A stretch of 64,000 bases of DNA from Phycisphaerales bacterium (GCA_027451365.1 DAIDJN010000056.1:32001-96000); one strand, 5' to 3'; positions 9,473-19,506 are shown, counted from the first letter of the stretch. The notes: generated from the sequence alone by a model not told the origin. A program made the numbers and translations.

Positions 9473-10634
9473 GGCTCGCAAGCCAGGAGTTGGAAGCTGG
9501 GAACCGGGAGTGAAAAACCGATTTTCGCCACGACCACATGAAGGCACAACGCCAGTGAAGGAGGCCTTTTGATGATTGAAATTCTCACAGGAGGTATTGG
9601 AGGAACTGGATTTATCGCGGTCACGACGGGCAAACAAGATGTCTGCGGTCCGGTGATCGGGAAATTTTCCAGCTTGCCAAGACTCATCGCGCCAGCGGCC
9701 GCAACTTCGCGGCTTGGTGCCGCGGTGGTGAAAAAATTGCTTATCCAGCGCGACCATAAAACCGCCTCGAGAAAGGCCGACCTTGCTTCGGTAGTTTGAA
9801 TCATACACTGGCATCCGCAACGTACCAAGCCAATGCACGTTCCTTGCCGTCCATTCATCCGATACCGCCTGCTCGCCGCCCATACGGAAGAAAAAAATTG
9901 AAGCACCGCGGCCCCGGTCGTTTAAGCGAAGCGGTTCGTTCAAGCATGCCGCAGGTCTAAGTTTCAGATGAATAGGGCAATTATCCCAGCGGCCATCTTG
10001 GCTTAGCCGCAGCGCGCGAAGAGCCATAATGGACTCACCACCGCTTCGGCCCCAGAATTGCTCGGTGACTTTTTACTTTTTTATTGCACAACTTAACTCG
10101 CGATTAGATTACACTGTATCCCATCGGCCATCCCTTGGCGCGGTAACGCGGATAATTCATTTGATCCCGGTGCTTTTGAAAATAGCCGCTGTTCTCCCCT
10201 AAAACCTGCCGTGGCTAACTCCTGAAAGGCAAATATACCCGGGCTGCCGGCCCGCAGGTCGCCCATCCAGGCGCCACAATTCATATTCTACCAATACTTC
10301 CGGCATTTCGTGTCACGCACCCCGGCGCTATGTAAAACTTCACGGCCCAGGACGCAGGGTAACGCAAAGGCCAAAATTCATGTGGTTTACAATTGGCACT
10401 CGTCACGACGCGGCGGGCAGATAAAACCGGCATGAACTGATTTCGCGGGCTTGCCTTCCATGACGACTATTATGAACAGGCGAAAAAAAGTCGCCTCTGG
10501 CCCAGGATCGCGCATCGGGTCAACGCGGCAGTCACACCGCGTAAAGAGTCACGCATCCGAGGCGCAAGTTAATTTCCACGGTGCTGGCGACGGCGACAGG
10601 GGCGGAAACCCGCCTGGCTCACTATAATTCCCGG

Positions 10635-11822
10635 ATGAGCAGTTTGATGGATAATCTTTCTCCGCCGGCTGGTGTTGCAACTGACAGTTCGTCGGGCCGC
10701 AAGCTGGCGGTCTTAACGTGGTCGCATTTTCTTAATGACGGGGCGGCCTTTTATTTGCCGGGGATACTGCCCGCGGTGCTCGTGGCGCTGCATCAGCCAC
10801 TGGCTATGGTCGGGGTGATAACAGCGGCGATGTATGTCGGGCAGGCGCTGCAGCCGGTGACGGGAATTCTGGCGGACCATGCGGGGGGACGGGCGTTTGT
10901 CATAGGTGGTCTGCTGGCTTGTTCACTGGCCGGGGCACTGGTCGGGCTGGCCCCAAATGTGTGGGTTCTGATCGGGCTTTTGCTTATTTCAGGACTTGGA
11001 TCCACAACGTTTCATCCCCAGGCCCTGGCGGCGGTACGCAGTGTAACGCAGCGGCGGCAGGCGATGGGCATGGCGACCTTTCTGGTAGGCGGCGAACTGG
11101 GCCGGGGCGCGTGGCCGCTGATAGCCAGCCTGATTGTGGTGCGATATAGCCTGCAGCATCTGTGGGTGATAGCGCTGCCGACGCTGGCATCACTGCCATT
11201 CATATTGTGGCTTACGCCGCGCCTTCCACCGCGGCACGCGGCTGCGGGGCGAATTCAGTGGCGGGCGCACCGCAAGCCATTTGCCGTGCTGGTGGGCTTT
11301 TCGGCGTTTCGCGGACTGGTGGTGTTTGGCACCATCGTGTTTATTCCAATCATGTGGAAATTGCGTGGCGGGGCGCTGGTATCGGGTGCGTCGATCATCA
11401 GCACCTTGTTGATCACTGGCGTACTTGGACAAATCGGGGGCGGCAGCATGGCGGACCGGTTTGGCCGGCGGCACGTGGTGCTGGGCAGTTCCATTCTGCT
11501 GATTATTCTGGTGCCGCTGATCGTATTGACGCACGGAATTCTTTTGTGGGCCATTGCCGCCCTTACCGGCATTGCGATGTTTTCCACATTTGCATCCACA
11601 CTGCTTGTGGGTCAGGATATTTTTCCGGAAAACCGTGGATTAGGCTCGGGTATCGCTCTGGGCTTTTCCAACGCGCTGGGGGCCGCGGGCCTGATTCCGC
11701 TTGGCGTCGTGGCGCGGCATTTTGGAATTGGCATGGTGTTTGCCATTCTGACGGCCGGTGCCATGGGAATGCTGATCATGGCCATTCTGTTTTCAGAAAA
11801 AGTGCATCCGGCCATGCGCTAG
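10635..11822 (+). CDS. MFS transporter (Fsr/fosmidomycin-resistance-like)
   Basis: HFLND N-terminal motif, GILADHAGGR and GSMADRFGRR MFS motifs, FHPQA, about 12 TM segments. Confidence 0.85.
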   Translation: MSSLMDNLSPPAGVATDSSSGRKLAVLTWSHFLNDGAAFYLPGILPAVLVALHQPLAMVGVITAAMYVGQALQPVTGILADHAGGRAFVIGGLLACSLAGALVGLAPNVWVLIGLLLISGLGSTTFHPQALAAVRSVTQRRQAMGMATFLVGGELGRGAWPLIASLIVVRYSLQHLWVIALPTLASLPFILWLTPRLPPRHAAAGRIQWRAHRKPFAVLVGFSAFRGLVVFGTIVFIPIMWKLRGGALVSGASIISTLLITGVLGQIGGGSMADRFGRRHVVLGSSILLIILVPLIVLTHGILLWAIAALTGIAMFSTFASTLLVGQDIFPENRGLGSGIALGFSNALGAAGLIPLGVVARHFGIGMVFAILTAGAMGMLIMAILFSEKVHPAMR

Positions 11823-11880
11823 ATCCGGTTCAACTGCGCCACGAACAGTTCCCAAGGCAACCCGCGCCCGGGCGTGACAA

Positions 11881-12618
11881 TTAAAATTCGCGGTGGATCG
11901 ATTGCTGAAAAGTTTTCCCGCGACTGTACGCCTCAAGTTCTCCGCCAAGCTGTTCGGCCAGTACGGCCTTGACGACGGTCATGGATGGCGGCGCATCAAT
12001 TTCGCTGGCCAGCGAAGTGACCGGCCGGCCGAGACCGCACGGATTTATCAGATCAAAAAACGTCAGATCCGTGGTCACATTCAGGGCGATGCCGTGCAGG
12101 GAAACCCAGCGGCGGAGTTTGATGCCTAAGGCACAGATTTTTGCCGTTTGACCGGCCGGAAGCCGACGGGAGTGAACCCAAACGCCGGTGGCGCCCTGCT
12201 GGCAGTGCGCGGAAATCGAAAGCCCCGCCAGGGTGCGGATCACGGCGCGTTCAAGTAGACGAATATAGTCATGAATACGCAAGTTATATTTATTCAGCGG
12301 AATAATCGGGTAGGCGACAAGCTGCCCCGGACCATGGAAGGTAATATCGCCGCCGCGATCGGTTGCAACCACATCTACCCCGCGGGTCGCGAGTTGTGCG
12401 GCATCCGCCAGTAAATGGGCCTCCGAACCCGGATGGCGACCAATGGTGATAACCGGTGGATGTTCCAGCAGGATCAGGGCACCGTCCGGATAGCGCCCGG
12501 CGAGCACGTCGTCATGAACGGCAAGCTGGTAGTCCCAAGCGGCACGGTATTCCATAACCCCGGCATCTAAAACCGAAAGGCCATGGTGGACAGCAGTTGC
12601 CGATTGACCTGCGTTCAT
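11881..12618 (-). CDS. lipB: Lipoyl(octanoyl) transferase
   Basis: LLEHPPVITIGR, DRGGDITFHGPGQLVAYPI, KICALG, HGIALN, INPCGL; ATGA overlap with the lon stop. Confidence 0.95.
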   Translation of the reverse strand: MNAGQSATAVHHGLSVLDAGVMEYRAAWDYQLAVHDDVLAGRYPDGALILLEHPPVITIGRHPGSEAHLLADAAQLATRGVDVVATDRGGDITFHGPGQLVAYPIIPLNKYNLRIHDYIRLLERAVIRTLAGLSISAHCQQGATGVWVHSRRLPAGQTAKICALGIKLRRWVSLHGIALNVTTDLTFFDLINPCGLGRPVTSLASEIDAPPSMTVVKAVLAEQLGGELEAYSRGKTFQQSIHREF

Positions 12619-15335
12619 TTTGCCGCCTTTGCGGCAATAAGACGGCGCGTGGGGGCGGTCAATGGCGCGGGCGAAACGGCCTTGGCCGGCCCCAGTGCGC
12701 ACTGAAGAACGTCATCCACCGAATCGGCAAAAACAAAACGCACCTTCTGGCCCACGTGGTTTTTCACATCATCCAGATTTTTTTCGTTGCGCCTGGGAAG
12801 CAGAATCGTTTTGATGCCGGCGTGCTGGGCGGCGATCACTTTTTCCTTTACGCCGCCGATGGGCAGCACCAGTCCGCGAAGAGTTATCTCGCCGGTCATG
12901 GCGACATCCGGCCGGACGGGCCGATCAAGAAAAAGTGAAGCCAGCGCGGTATACATGGCGACGCCGGCGGAGGGGCCATCTTTAGGGACCGCACCGGCGG
13001 GTACGTGCACATGCACATCCAGCGTGGCAAATGAAGCCGGGTCCAGTCCCAGGCCAACGGCATTGTTTTTAAGCAGTGAAAAAGCGGTCTGCGCGGATTC
13101 CCGCATGACCGCGCCGATCTGACCGGTCAGGCGCAGGCGGCCTTTTCCGGGCATCCGTGTGGCTTCCACAAATAAAATATCGCCGCCAGCGGGCGTGTAG
13201 GCCAGACCGGTGGCCACGCCGGGGACGGCGGTTCGCAGCGCCACTTCGCTTTCAAAGGCAGTAGGTCCCAGATAGGCAGCCAGATTTTCCGGACGCACCA
13301 CCACGCGCGGCACGCGGGCCAGTGCCCGGCGCATTTCTGCATCGCCATTGCCTGGCGTTGCCACCGGGGTTCTGGCGGCGGTGGAGGGTCTGGTCCCGGT
13401 TCCCGCCGCGGACGCCGCATTGCCGTTCGGGCCGCCTGGGTTTTCGGTATCCTTTTTATTTGGCGGCGAAGGCGCGGCCGCAGGCAGTTTACTGACAATT
13501 TGCGCCGCGACTCCGCGCACCACGGATCCGATGGCGCGCTCCAGTCCGCGAACACCCGCTTCGCGCGTGTAATGGTCGATCAGCGCGCCGATTGTGGAAG
13601 TGGGAAGATCGCAATTTTTACCCGTGATGCCATTTTCAGCCAATTGCCGCGGCAGCAGATATTTTCTGGCAATCAGGAGTTTATCCTGGCGGGTGTAACC
13701 CGGAATTTCAATTATTTCCATGCGGTCGCGCAGGGCGGGGGGCACCGATTCCATGTAATTGGCGGTACAGATGAAAATGATGCGGCTTAAATCAAACGGA
13801 ACACCCAGGTAATGGTCCTGAAAACTGTTGTTTTGTTCCGGGTCCAGCACTTCCAGCAGGGCCGAGGAGGGGTCGCCGCGGAAATCCGCGCCGAGCTTAT
13901 CTATTTCGTCCAGCATCATGACCGGGTTGTTGGAACCCGCTTTTCGCAAGTCCTGAATAATTCGGCCCGGCATGGCACCTACATAAGTCCGGCGATGGCC
14001 GCGAATATCGGCTTCATCGCGGACGCCGCCGAGGCTCATGCGGATAAATTTTCGTCCCAGAGATTGCGCGATGGACTTGCCCAAACTGGTCTTTCCCACG
14101 CCCGGCGGCCCCAGGAAGCAGAGAATCGGACCGCGTCCGCCGGGATTCAATTTGCGCACAGAAAGGAATTCGAGAATCCGTTTTTTAATTTTCTGCAAAT
14201 CGTGGTGGTCGCGGTCCAGAATGCGCCGGGCACGGGTGATGTCCAGGTCGTCGCTGGTGGAAGTATTCCATGGCAATTCGGCCACTGTTTCCAGAAATCC
14301 CCGGATAACGCCATATTCGGGCGACGCCTGCGGAATGGCCGCAAGGCGCGCCAGTTCACGGTCCGTTTCTTTTTTTACACCCTGCGGAATAGAAGCTTTT
14401 TCCAGGCGAGCTTTAAGGTCGGTGAGTTCCTGCGTCTGCCCTTCGTCCAGGCCAAGTTCCTTTTGAATGGCTTTAAGCTGTTCTTGAAGGAAATAATTCC
14501 GCTGGCTTTTATCAATGCTTGACCGCACCTGGGTCTGGATATTTTCTTCCAGTTCTAAAATTTCAATGCGCGTGGCCAGCTTTTCGCGCACCAGTTTCAG
14601 CCGCACGCCCACATCCAGTTCCTCAAGAATCGCCTGCTTTACCGCCGTGGATTCCTGAAGGTTGGAAGCCAGAAAGTCGGCCAGCGTGCCGGGTGAGTCA
14701 ATGTCGTTAAGTAATCCGGCGGCTTCATCCGGAATGTTCGGCGATAATTCGATCATGCGTTTGGCGGCCTGACGGACCGTCTGCACCAGCAGATCGAATT
14801 CCGGGCTGGGCGGCGGTGTGATTTCCGCCAGCGATTCAATTTTCGCCTTCAGATAAGGTTCTTCAGTGACGAATTCAATCACCTTAAACCGGACCAGGCC
14901 ATGCACCACAATGCTCTGCTGGCCCTCGCCCATGCGCAGCATTTTAAGCACAATGGCCATCGTGCCCACGCGGTGAAGATCGGATGGCGAAGGATTTTCG
15001 TCCGCGTCGTGAATTTGTGTCAGGACGCCGACAATTTTATCCGCCGGCATAATATCGTCCAGCAGGCGGCGGCTTTTGTCGCGTCCGATTGCAAGCGGAA
15101 TAACCGCACCGGGAAATGCGACGGCATCGCGCACCGGCAGAATAGCCAGCACATCCGGCACGCGAATTTGGTGCACCAGCGGTCCGGTGACCGATGCGGT
15201 CGTGCGCGACCGCCCGGTTGCGGTTGGATCTTTCGGGTCGACAGGGGCCTCGCCAACTGCTGCCGGGGCGGTTTTCTCCGGTTTGGCATTCGAAGCTTTA
15301 AGTGATTTGTCAGCGGGTTTCTTTATTTCTGGCAT
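12615..15335 (-). CDS. lon: ATP-dependent protease La
   Basis: LON N-domain, Walker A GPPGVGKT, IRGHRRTYVGAMPG, catalytic PKDGPSAG and IGGVKEK. Confidence 0.97.
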   Translation of the reverse strand: MPEIKKPADKSLKASNAKPEKTAPAAVGEAPVDPKDPTATGRSRTTASVTGPLVHQIRVPDVLAILPVRDAVAFPGAVIPLAIGRDKSRRLLDDIMPADKIVGVLTQIHDADENPSPSDLHRVGTMAIVLKMLRMGEGQQSIVVHGLVRFKVIEFVTEEPYLKAKIESLAEITPPPSPEFDLLVQTVRQAAKRMIELSPNIPDEAAGLLNDIDSPGTLADFLASNLQESTAVKQAILEELDVGVRLKLVREKLATRIEILELEENIQTQVRSSIDKSQRNYFLQEQLKAIQKELGLDEGQTQELTDLKARLEKASIPQGVKKETDRELARLAAIPQASPEYGVIRGFLETVAELPWNTSTSDDLDITRARRILDRDHHDLQKIKKRILEFLSVRKLNPGGRGPILCFLGPPGVGKTSLGKSIAQSLGRKFIRMSLGGVRDEADIRGHRRTYVGAMPGRIIQDLRKAGSNNPVMMLDEIDKLGADFRGDPSSALLEVLDPEQNNSFQDHYLGVPFDLSRIIFICTANYMESVPPALRDRMEIIEIPGYTRQDKLLIARKYLLPRQLAENGITGKNCDLPTSTIGALIDHYTREAGVRGLERAIGSVVRGVAAQIVSKLPAAAPSPPNKKDTENPGGPNGNAASAAGTGTRPSTAARTPVATPGNGDAEMRRALARVPRVVVRPENLAAYLGPTAFESEVALRTAVPGVATGLAYTPAGGDILFVEATRMPGKGRLRLTGQIGAVMRESAQTAFSLLKNNAVGLGLDPASFATLDVHVHVPAGAVPKDGPSAGVAMYTALASLFLDRPVRPDVAMTGEITLRGLVLPIGGVKEKVIAAQHAGIKTILLPRRNEKNLDDVKNHVGQKVRFVFADSVDDVLQCALGPAKAVSPAPLTAPTRRLIAAKAAK

Positions 15336-15405
15336 GTATCGTTTCCGTAACTCCGTTTAACAGTCTGGCTTAGCGGGTCATCGCCGGCTCCGCCGGCGGT
15401 GAAGG

Positions 15406-15825
15406 CTATTTGCGATGTTTCGGCAGGGTAATCCAAAGCAGACCGGCCTCATACATGGCGGAAATTCTCCGGTCATCCACGTTGGCCGGCAGTTCCACGG
15501 CGCGACTGAACACTCCATGATCAATTTCCAGCTGATGCACCGCAATGGCGGGCTCTTCGCCGGTGGGCATCGGGCATTCACGTTTGCCGCGAATGACGAT
15601 GCGGGCATTTTCCAGCCGCACATCCACATCCTTTTCGTGAATACCGGCCAAGTCCACGCAAATCAGAAACGCCTGCCGCGTTTCGTACAGGTTGACCGCC
15701 GGCCGCCAGGATTCGCGCCCCCAGGCGGCGAACATCTGGCGGGTCAGCACGGTATCGCCAGCTTCATGAACCAGACGGCTGGAAAGGCTCTCGTCCGATG
15801 CGGAAGCAAATTGAATAACAGGCAT
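15406..15825 (-). CDS. Hsp20/alpha-crystallin small heat shock protein
   Basis: WRPAVNLYET...DLAG...GVFSRAVELP...AMYEAGLLWITLPK; GGAG RBS; upstream of lon. Confidence 0.92.
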   Translation of the reverse strand: MPVIQFASASDESLSSRLVHEAGDTVLTRQMFAAWGRESWRPAVNLYETRQAFLICVDLAGIHEKDVDVRLENARIVIRGKRECPMPTGEEPAIAVHQLEIDHGVFSRAVELPANVDDRRISAMYEAGLLWITLPKHRK

Positions 15826-16149
15826 GGCGTCGCTCCGGCATGGGTATCAGGCTTCATCCCGCGGGCGGCATAACGCACGCGTTGAAGCAACCGGTATTTT
15901 ACGCCGTTTGCGTCGCGGGGGGAAATAAAATGCGAAAAAACGCTCCGGCTGGGAATTGGGGCATACCGCCCGACCGTCTTGCGGCTCTCCAGTCGGCGGG
16001 CAAATTTTGTAAATGCGGGATATACTTGAAGTTTCGGCGCGCTATCGGCGTGGCTGGTCGCCGCCGGGAAAAATTCGGGCGGCTAAGCGCTTTTCCGGCG
16101 AATGACGCGGCAAAGGCGGACTCGCCCGGTTCTGGAGACCCGCGACGTC

Positions 16150-17430
16150 ATGGATCATTTTAACTATCGCAACGGGGCACTGTATTGCGAGGATGTTCCG
16201 GTGGAACAGATTGTTTCCGCCGTGGGCAGTCCGGTGTACATCTACAGCCAGGCGACGCTTCTGACACATTATCAGCGGATCGCCCGGGCGTTTGCGCCGC
16301 TGAACCCACTGATCTGCTATTCGATCAAGTCGTGCGGGAATCTGGCCATATTGCGGACCTTGCGCGGCGCGGGAAGCGGGTTTGACGTGGTTTCCGGTGG
16401 AGAACTGTTTCGCGCGTTAAAGGCCGGCGCGACACCGGATAAAATTGTTTTCGCCGGGGTAGGCAAAACCGATGCGGAAATAACCGAAGCGCTGCAGGCG
16501 GGCATCGGCTGGTTTAATATTGAAAGCGAAGAGGAATTCTGGAATCTGGATCGGCTGGCCGGCCAGACCGGGAGCCACGCGCGGGGCGCGCTGCGGGTGA
16601 ATCCGGATGTGACCAGCCACGGAACCCACACCAAAACTCTGACCGGCAAAAAAGAAACGAAATTCGGTGTGGATATCGACCGGGCAATGGAATTTTATCT
16701 GACTGCGGCCAAAGCCACGCACGCAAAACTTAACGCACTTCACCTGCACATCGGCTCACCCATAAAATCCACCCAGCCGTATGTGGACGCAATTAAGAAG
16801 GCCCTGGCCCTTATCGACGAACTTGCGGCTCGCGCCGTGGTGATTGACACATTGGATATCGGCGGTGGATTCGCCGCTTTTTATGAAGGGGATGAAGCCC
16901 CCAGCGCCGCGGATTATGCCACCGCGATCATTCCCCTGCTGGCGGGCCGCAAGCTTAAGATTATTCTTGAGCCGGGGCGGTCTATTTCGTGCAATGCGGG
17001 CATTCTGGTCACGCGTGTGGTTTATACCAAAACCGGCGGAAACAAAACATTTGTCATTGTGGACGCGGCCATGAACGACCTGATTCGTCCCACCCTGTAC
17101 GAAAGTTATCATTTTATCTGGCCGGTCACGCCCGGTTCAGGGCTTGCTCCCGCCAGCCGCACCAGCGCAATGCGCACCGCTGACGATCGCAAGGTGGATG
17201 TGGTGGGTCCGGTTTGTGAAAGCGGCGATTACCTGGCCCGCGACCGATATCTGCCGCGGGTGACGCGGGGGAATCTGCTGGCGGTTTTTTCCGCCGGGGC
17301 GTATGGCTTCGCCATGAGCAGTCAGTACAACGCCCGTCCGCGGGCGGCGGAGGTTCTGGTGGATGGCGCAGTCTGGCGCATTATCCGGCAGCGCGAGACG
17401 TATGCGGACCTCGTGGCCGGGGAAGAATAA
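16150..17430 (+). CDS. lysA: Diaminopimelate decarboxylase
   Basis: YSIKS (PLP Lys), FDVVSGGE, HIGS, DIGGG, EPGR, GPVCESGD, GAYG..MSSQYN. Confidence 0.96.
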   Translation: MDHFNYRNGALYCEDVPVEQIVSAVGSPVYIYSQATLLTHYQRIARAFAPLNPLICYSIKSCGNLAILRTLRGAGSGFDVVSGGELFRALKAGATPDKIVFAGVGKTDAEITEALQAGIGWFNIESEEEFWNLDRLAGQTGSHARGALRVNPDVTSHGTHTKTLTGKKETKFGVDIDRAMEFYLTAAKATHAKLNALHLHIGSPIKSTQPYVDAIKKALALIDELAARAVVIDTLDIGGGFAAFYEGDEAPSAADYATAIIPLLAGRKLKIILEPGRSISCNAGILVTRVVYTKTGGNKTFVIVDAAMNDLIRPTLYESYHFIWPVTPGSGLAPASRTSAMRTADDRKVDVVGPVCESGDYLARDRYLPRVTRGNLLAVFSAGAYGFAMSSQYNARPRAAEVLVDGAVWRIIRQRETYADLVAGEE

Positions 17431-17466
17431 ATTCCGCACAGATGCGGCAAAGCCGGAGCCATCCAC

Positions 17467-17919
17467 ATGACCGCCCGATATATGGATTCTGTTCCAATAC
17501 TTGGGAAGCAATGGACCATCCGCGGGTATATCTGGCGGATGGAGCCGCCGCGGACCACGCCCCTGTCTTTCATAGACATTGATACGTGTAAATATGTTGG
17601 CAAAATGCCGGATGGCGGCCTGCTGCTGGCTACGCCCGCCCCGCGGCCACCTGACCCGCAGGACCTGGAAAAGCTTGGCTTTTCGCGTCATACGCCTGTG
17701 TGGCCATGGGCGGTGCGGATGTACAACGGGGAAGATGAAAAAGCGCCGTTGGCAGTTCTGGATGACACCGGCCGCTATTTTCAACTTGAATCCTTTGGCG
17801 TATCCATACAGGACGAAACGCGCGATGAGGCAATGGACGCAACGGGCGACCGGCATCCGGTAATTTGCGAATTCCTGGTGGGCCAGACATCCGGTGCCCT
17901 GCGCATCTGTCCGGAATAG
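17467..17919 (+). CDS. Hypothetical protein
   Basis: 150-aa ORF with GGAG RBS right after lysA; no recognised motif. Confidence 0.6.
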   Translation: MTARYMDSVPILGKQWTIRGYIWRMEPPRTTPLSFIDIDTCKYVGKMPDGGLLLATPAPRPPDPQDLEKLGFSRHTPVWPWAVRMYNGEDEKAPLAVLDDTGRYFQLESFGVSIQDETRDEAMDATGDRHPVICEFLVGQTSGALRICPE

Positions 17920-18072
17920 GGACTTGCCGCCACTGGCCGCAAGGTTTTGCGATCATGCAATCTCCGAAATGATCTTGACGCTGGTCCTGTCCGCGGATAG
18001 TGTGGGCGGAGAAGTCATTGAGATGATTTTCGACGGGCGGAAATCAGGTACCCAAACAGACGGACAAACATT

Positions 18073-18132
18073 ATGAAAAAGAAAACGGTCAAAAAGAAGT
18101 ACGGCAAAAAGAAACGTGGCAAGCAGAGCTGA
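18073..18132 (+). CDS. Possible 19-aa Lys-rich small peptide MKKKTVKKKYGKKKRGKQS
   Basis: Clean ATG-to-TGA ORF in an intergenic gap with periodic KKK triplets; below the ORF-track length cutoff. Confidence 0.3.
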   Translation: MKKKTVKKKYGKKKRGKQS

Positions 18133-18285
18133 CACGGATTTATTCCCGTGCGGCTTATTTCTTTTATCGCGGGTTCAGGCGGCTGGCGCCTGTTGCGGGC
18201 GTTGCCGGCACAGCCGCCCCGCGCACACGCAAAATGTGACGCTGCGCGATGGTGCCGCCCGTAGCCATATTCAAATGAAACGCCA

Positions 18286-19506
18286 TCAATCATTCTCCAG
18301 CGAAAAACGATTGGACGTCCATTCCGCCTTTGTGTCGGTCACAATGGGCGGTCGCATTGCCGCATCGGCGGGCGTCGGCAGCGGGGGTGTTGCGCTGGCC
18401 GGTTTGCGCCCGCGCCGCCGCTTGCGGACAGAGACTTCTGCGTCTTCCCGCGGCGGCAATGCGGATTGCGCAGCATTGGATTGAATATGTAACGATTGAT
18501 CCGCCGTGCCGTCCGGCATCAGATTCCGACTGTTGGCCGGTGTAATACGCCAGACCGCCGGATACAGGCCGGTGATCTGGCTATGACGCAATGGACGGCG
18601 AGGATAAACCGGGTTCAGCGGTACCAGCGTAAGATACGTGGCATCCGCATCAGGGGGTGCCTCGGCCGACCCGGCGGCAAATTCAATGCGCTTGAATGTG
18701 GTGGAAAAGTTTTCGGAATCATCCAGTCGTACCAGGCAGTCATCACCTTCCTGCGGGGTTTGCGTGGAGGAAAACACCACAATATCGCCCTGCTTGTAGC
18801 GGGGTTCCATGGAATCGCCTTCGATCCGCAGGGCGAAAAGGCCGGCATCCGGAGAGCCGGCTGCGGGTGATGCTTCAGATTCCGCAATTGTGTCCGCGGG
18901 TACCGGCACCGAGATGTAACTGTCCGCGATGCCGACGGGGTAATCAAGGTCGGTAAATTCCGCCGCATTGCCGGCGGCTACGCGGTTGATCAGCGGAATG
19001 CGCATCAACGGCACGACCGATGCTTCAGCTGAATATCGCGTGCCAGATTCCGGACCGGAGTCAGTCGATGATTGACCGACGGGTCGTGCAACCCTAAGAA
19101 GCTGGTCGAGGTCTACCGCGCCATCCGCGCGGCGCGGTACGTTTTCGCCGTGGGAACGAATCGCGGACCGGGGGCTTTCGGGCAGCGGCCGGGCGGAAAG
19201 CAGATTTCGCACAGTTTGCGGGGTGCGAAGCCAATCCGCCTGGGCGTTGAGCGATCCGGCCGGAAGGTTCAGCGACTTCTCCAGAAGTGCAAGTTTATCT
19301 GGTGCGGGTGGCCCACTCAGGCGGCCGGTTTCAATATTGGATAAATATGGCTTGCTGATACCGGTTGCCGCGGCCAATTGGTCCAGTGTCCAACCGACCG
19401 CGTGACGAAATTGGCGAAGATTCTGGCCGAAGGCAACCAGGCCTTCGGGCCTTGATTGTGTCAAAATATTCGTATCTTGCGGGTGAAGGTTTGGTGTGGA
19501 CGCCAT
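18286..19506 (-). CDS. XRE-HTH plus S24 peptidase transcriptional repressor (CI/LexA-like)
   Basis: HTH WTLDQLAAATGISKPYLSNIETG; VAAG cleavage site; GDSMEP (Ser) and TFKRI (Lys) dyad. Confidence 0.9.
   Translation of the reverse strand: MASTPNLHPQDTNILTQSRPEGLVAFGQNLRQFRHAVGWTLDQLAAATGISKPYLSNIETGRLSGPPAPDKLALLEKSLNLPAGSLNAQADWLRTPQTVRNLLSARPLPESPRSAIRSHGENVPRRADGAVDLDQLLRVARPVGQSSTDSGPESGTRYSAEASVVPLMRIPLINRVAAGNAAEFTDLDYPVGIADSYISVPVPADTIAESEASPAAGSPDAGLFALRIEGDSMEPRYKQGDIVVFSSTQTPQEGDDCLVRLDDSENFSTTFKRIEFAAGSAEAPPDADATYLTLVPLNPVYPRRPLRHSQITGLYPAVWRITPANSRNLMPDGTADQSLHIQSNAAQSALPPREDAEVSVRKRRRGRKPASATPPLPTPADAAMRPPIVTDTKAEWTSNRFSLEND

Larger units (their letters stand above)
7022..9646. 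repeat. ~385-bp ungapped direct repeat (7022-7407 and 9260-9645) covering the Rhs core plus a shared non-Rhs leader
   Basis: Constant offset of 2238; 55-nt perfectly identical block at 7319-7373 and 9557-9611. Confidence 0.92.

Noticed and set aside
7022..9646. Diversity-generating retroelement TR/VR pair
   Set aside because: Differences are not adenine-specific and no reverse transcriptase is in the window.
9473..10027. N-terminal extension of the 518-aa ORF (and 7235-7480 of the 410-aa ORF) as real protein
   Set aside because: It runs through repeat motifs, lacks an RBS and protein-like composition, and differs mostly non-synonymously between copies.
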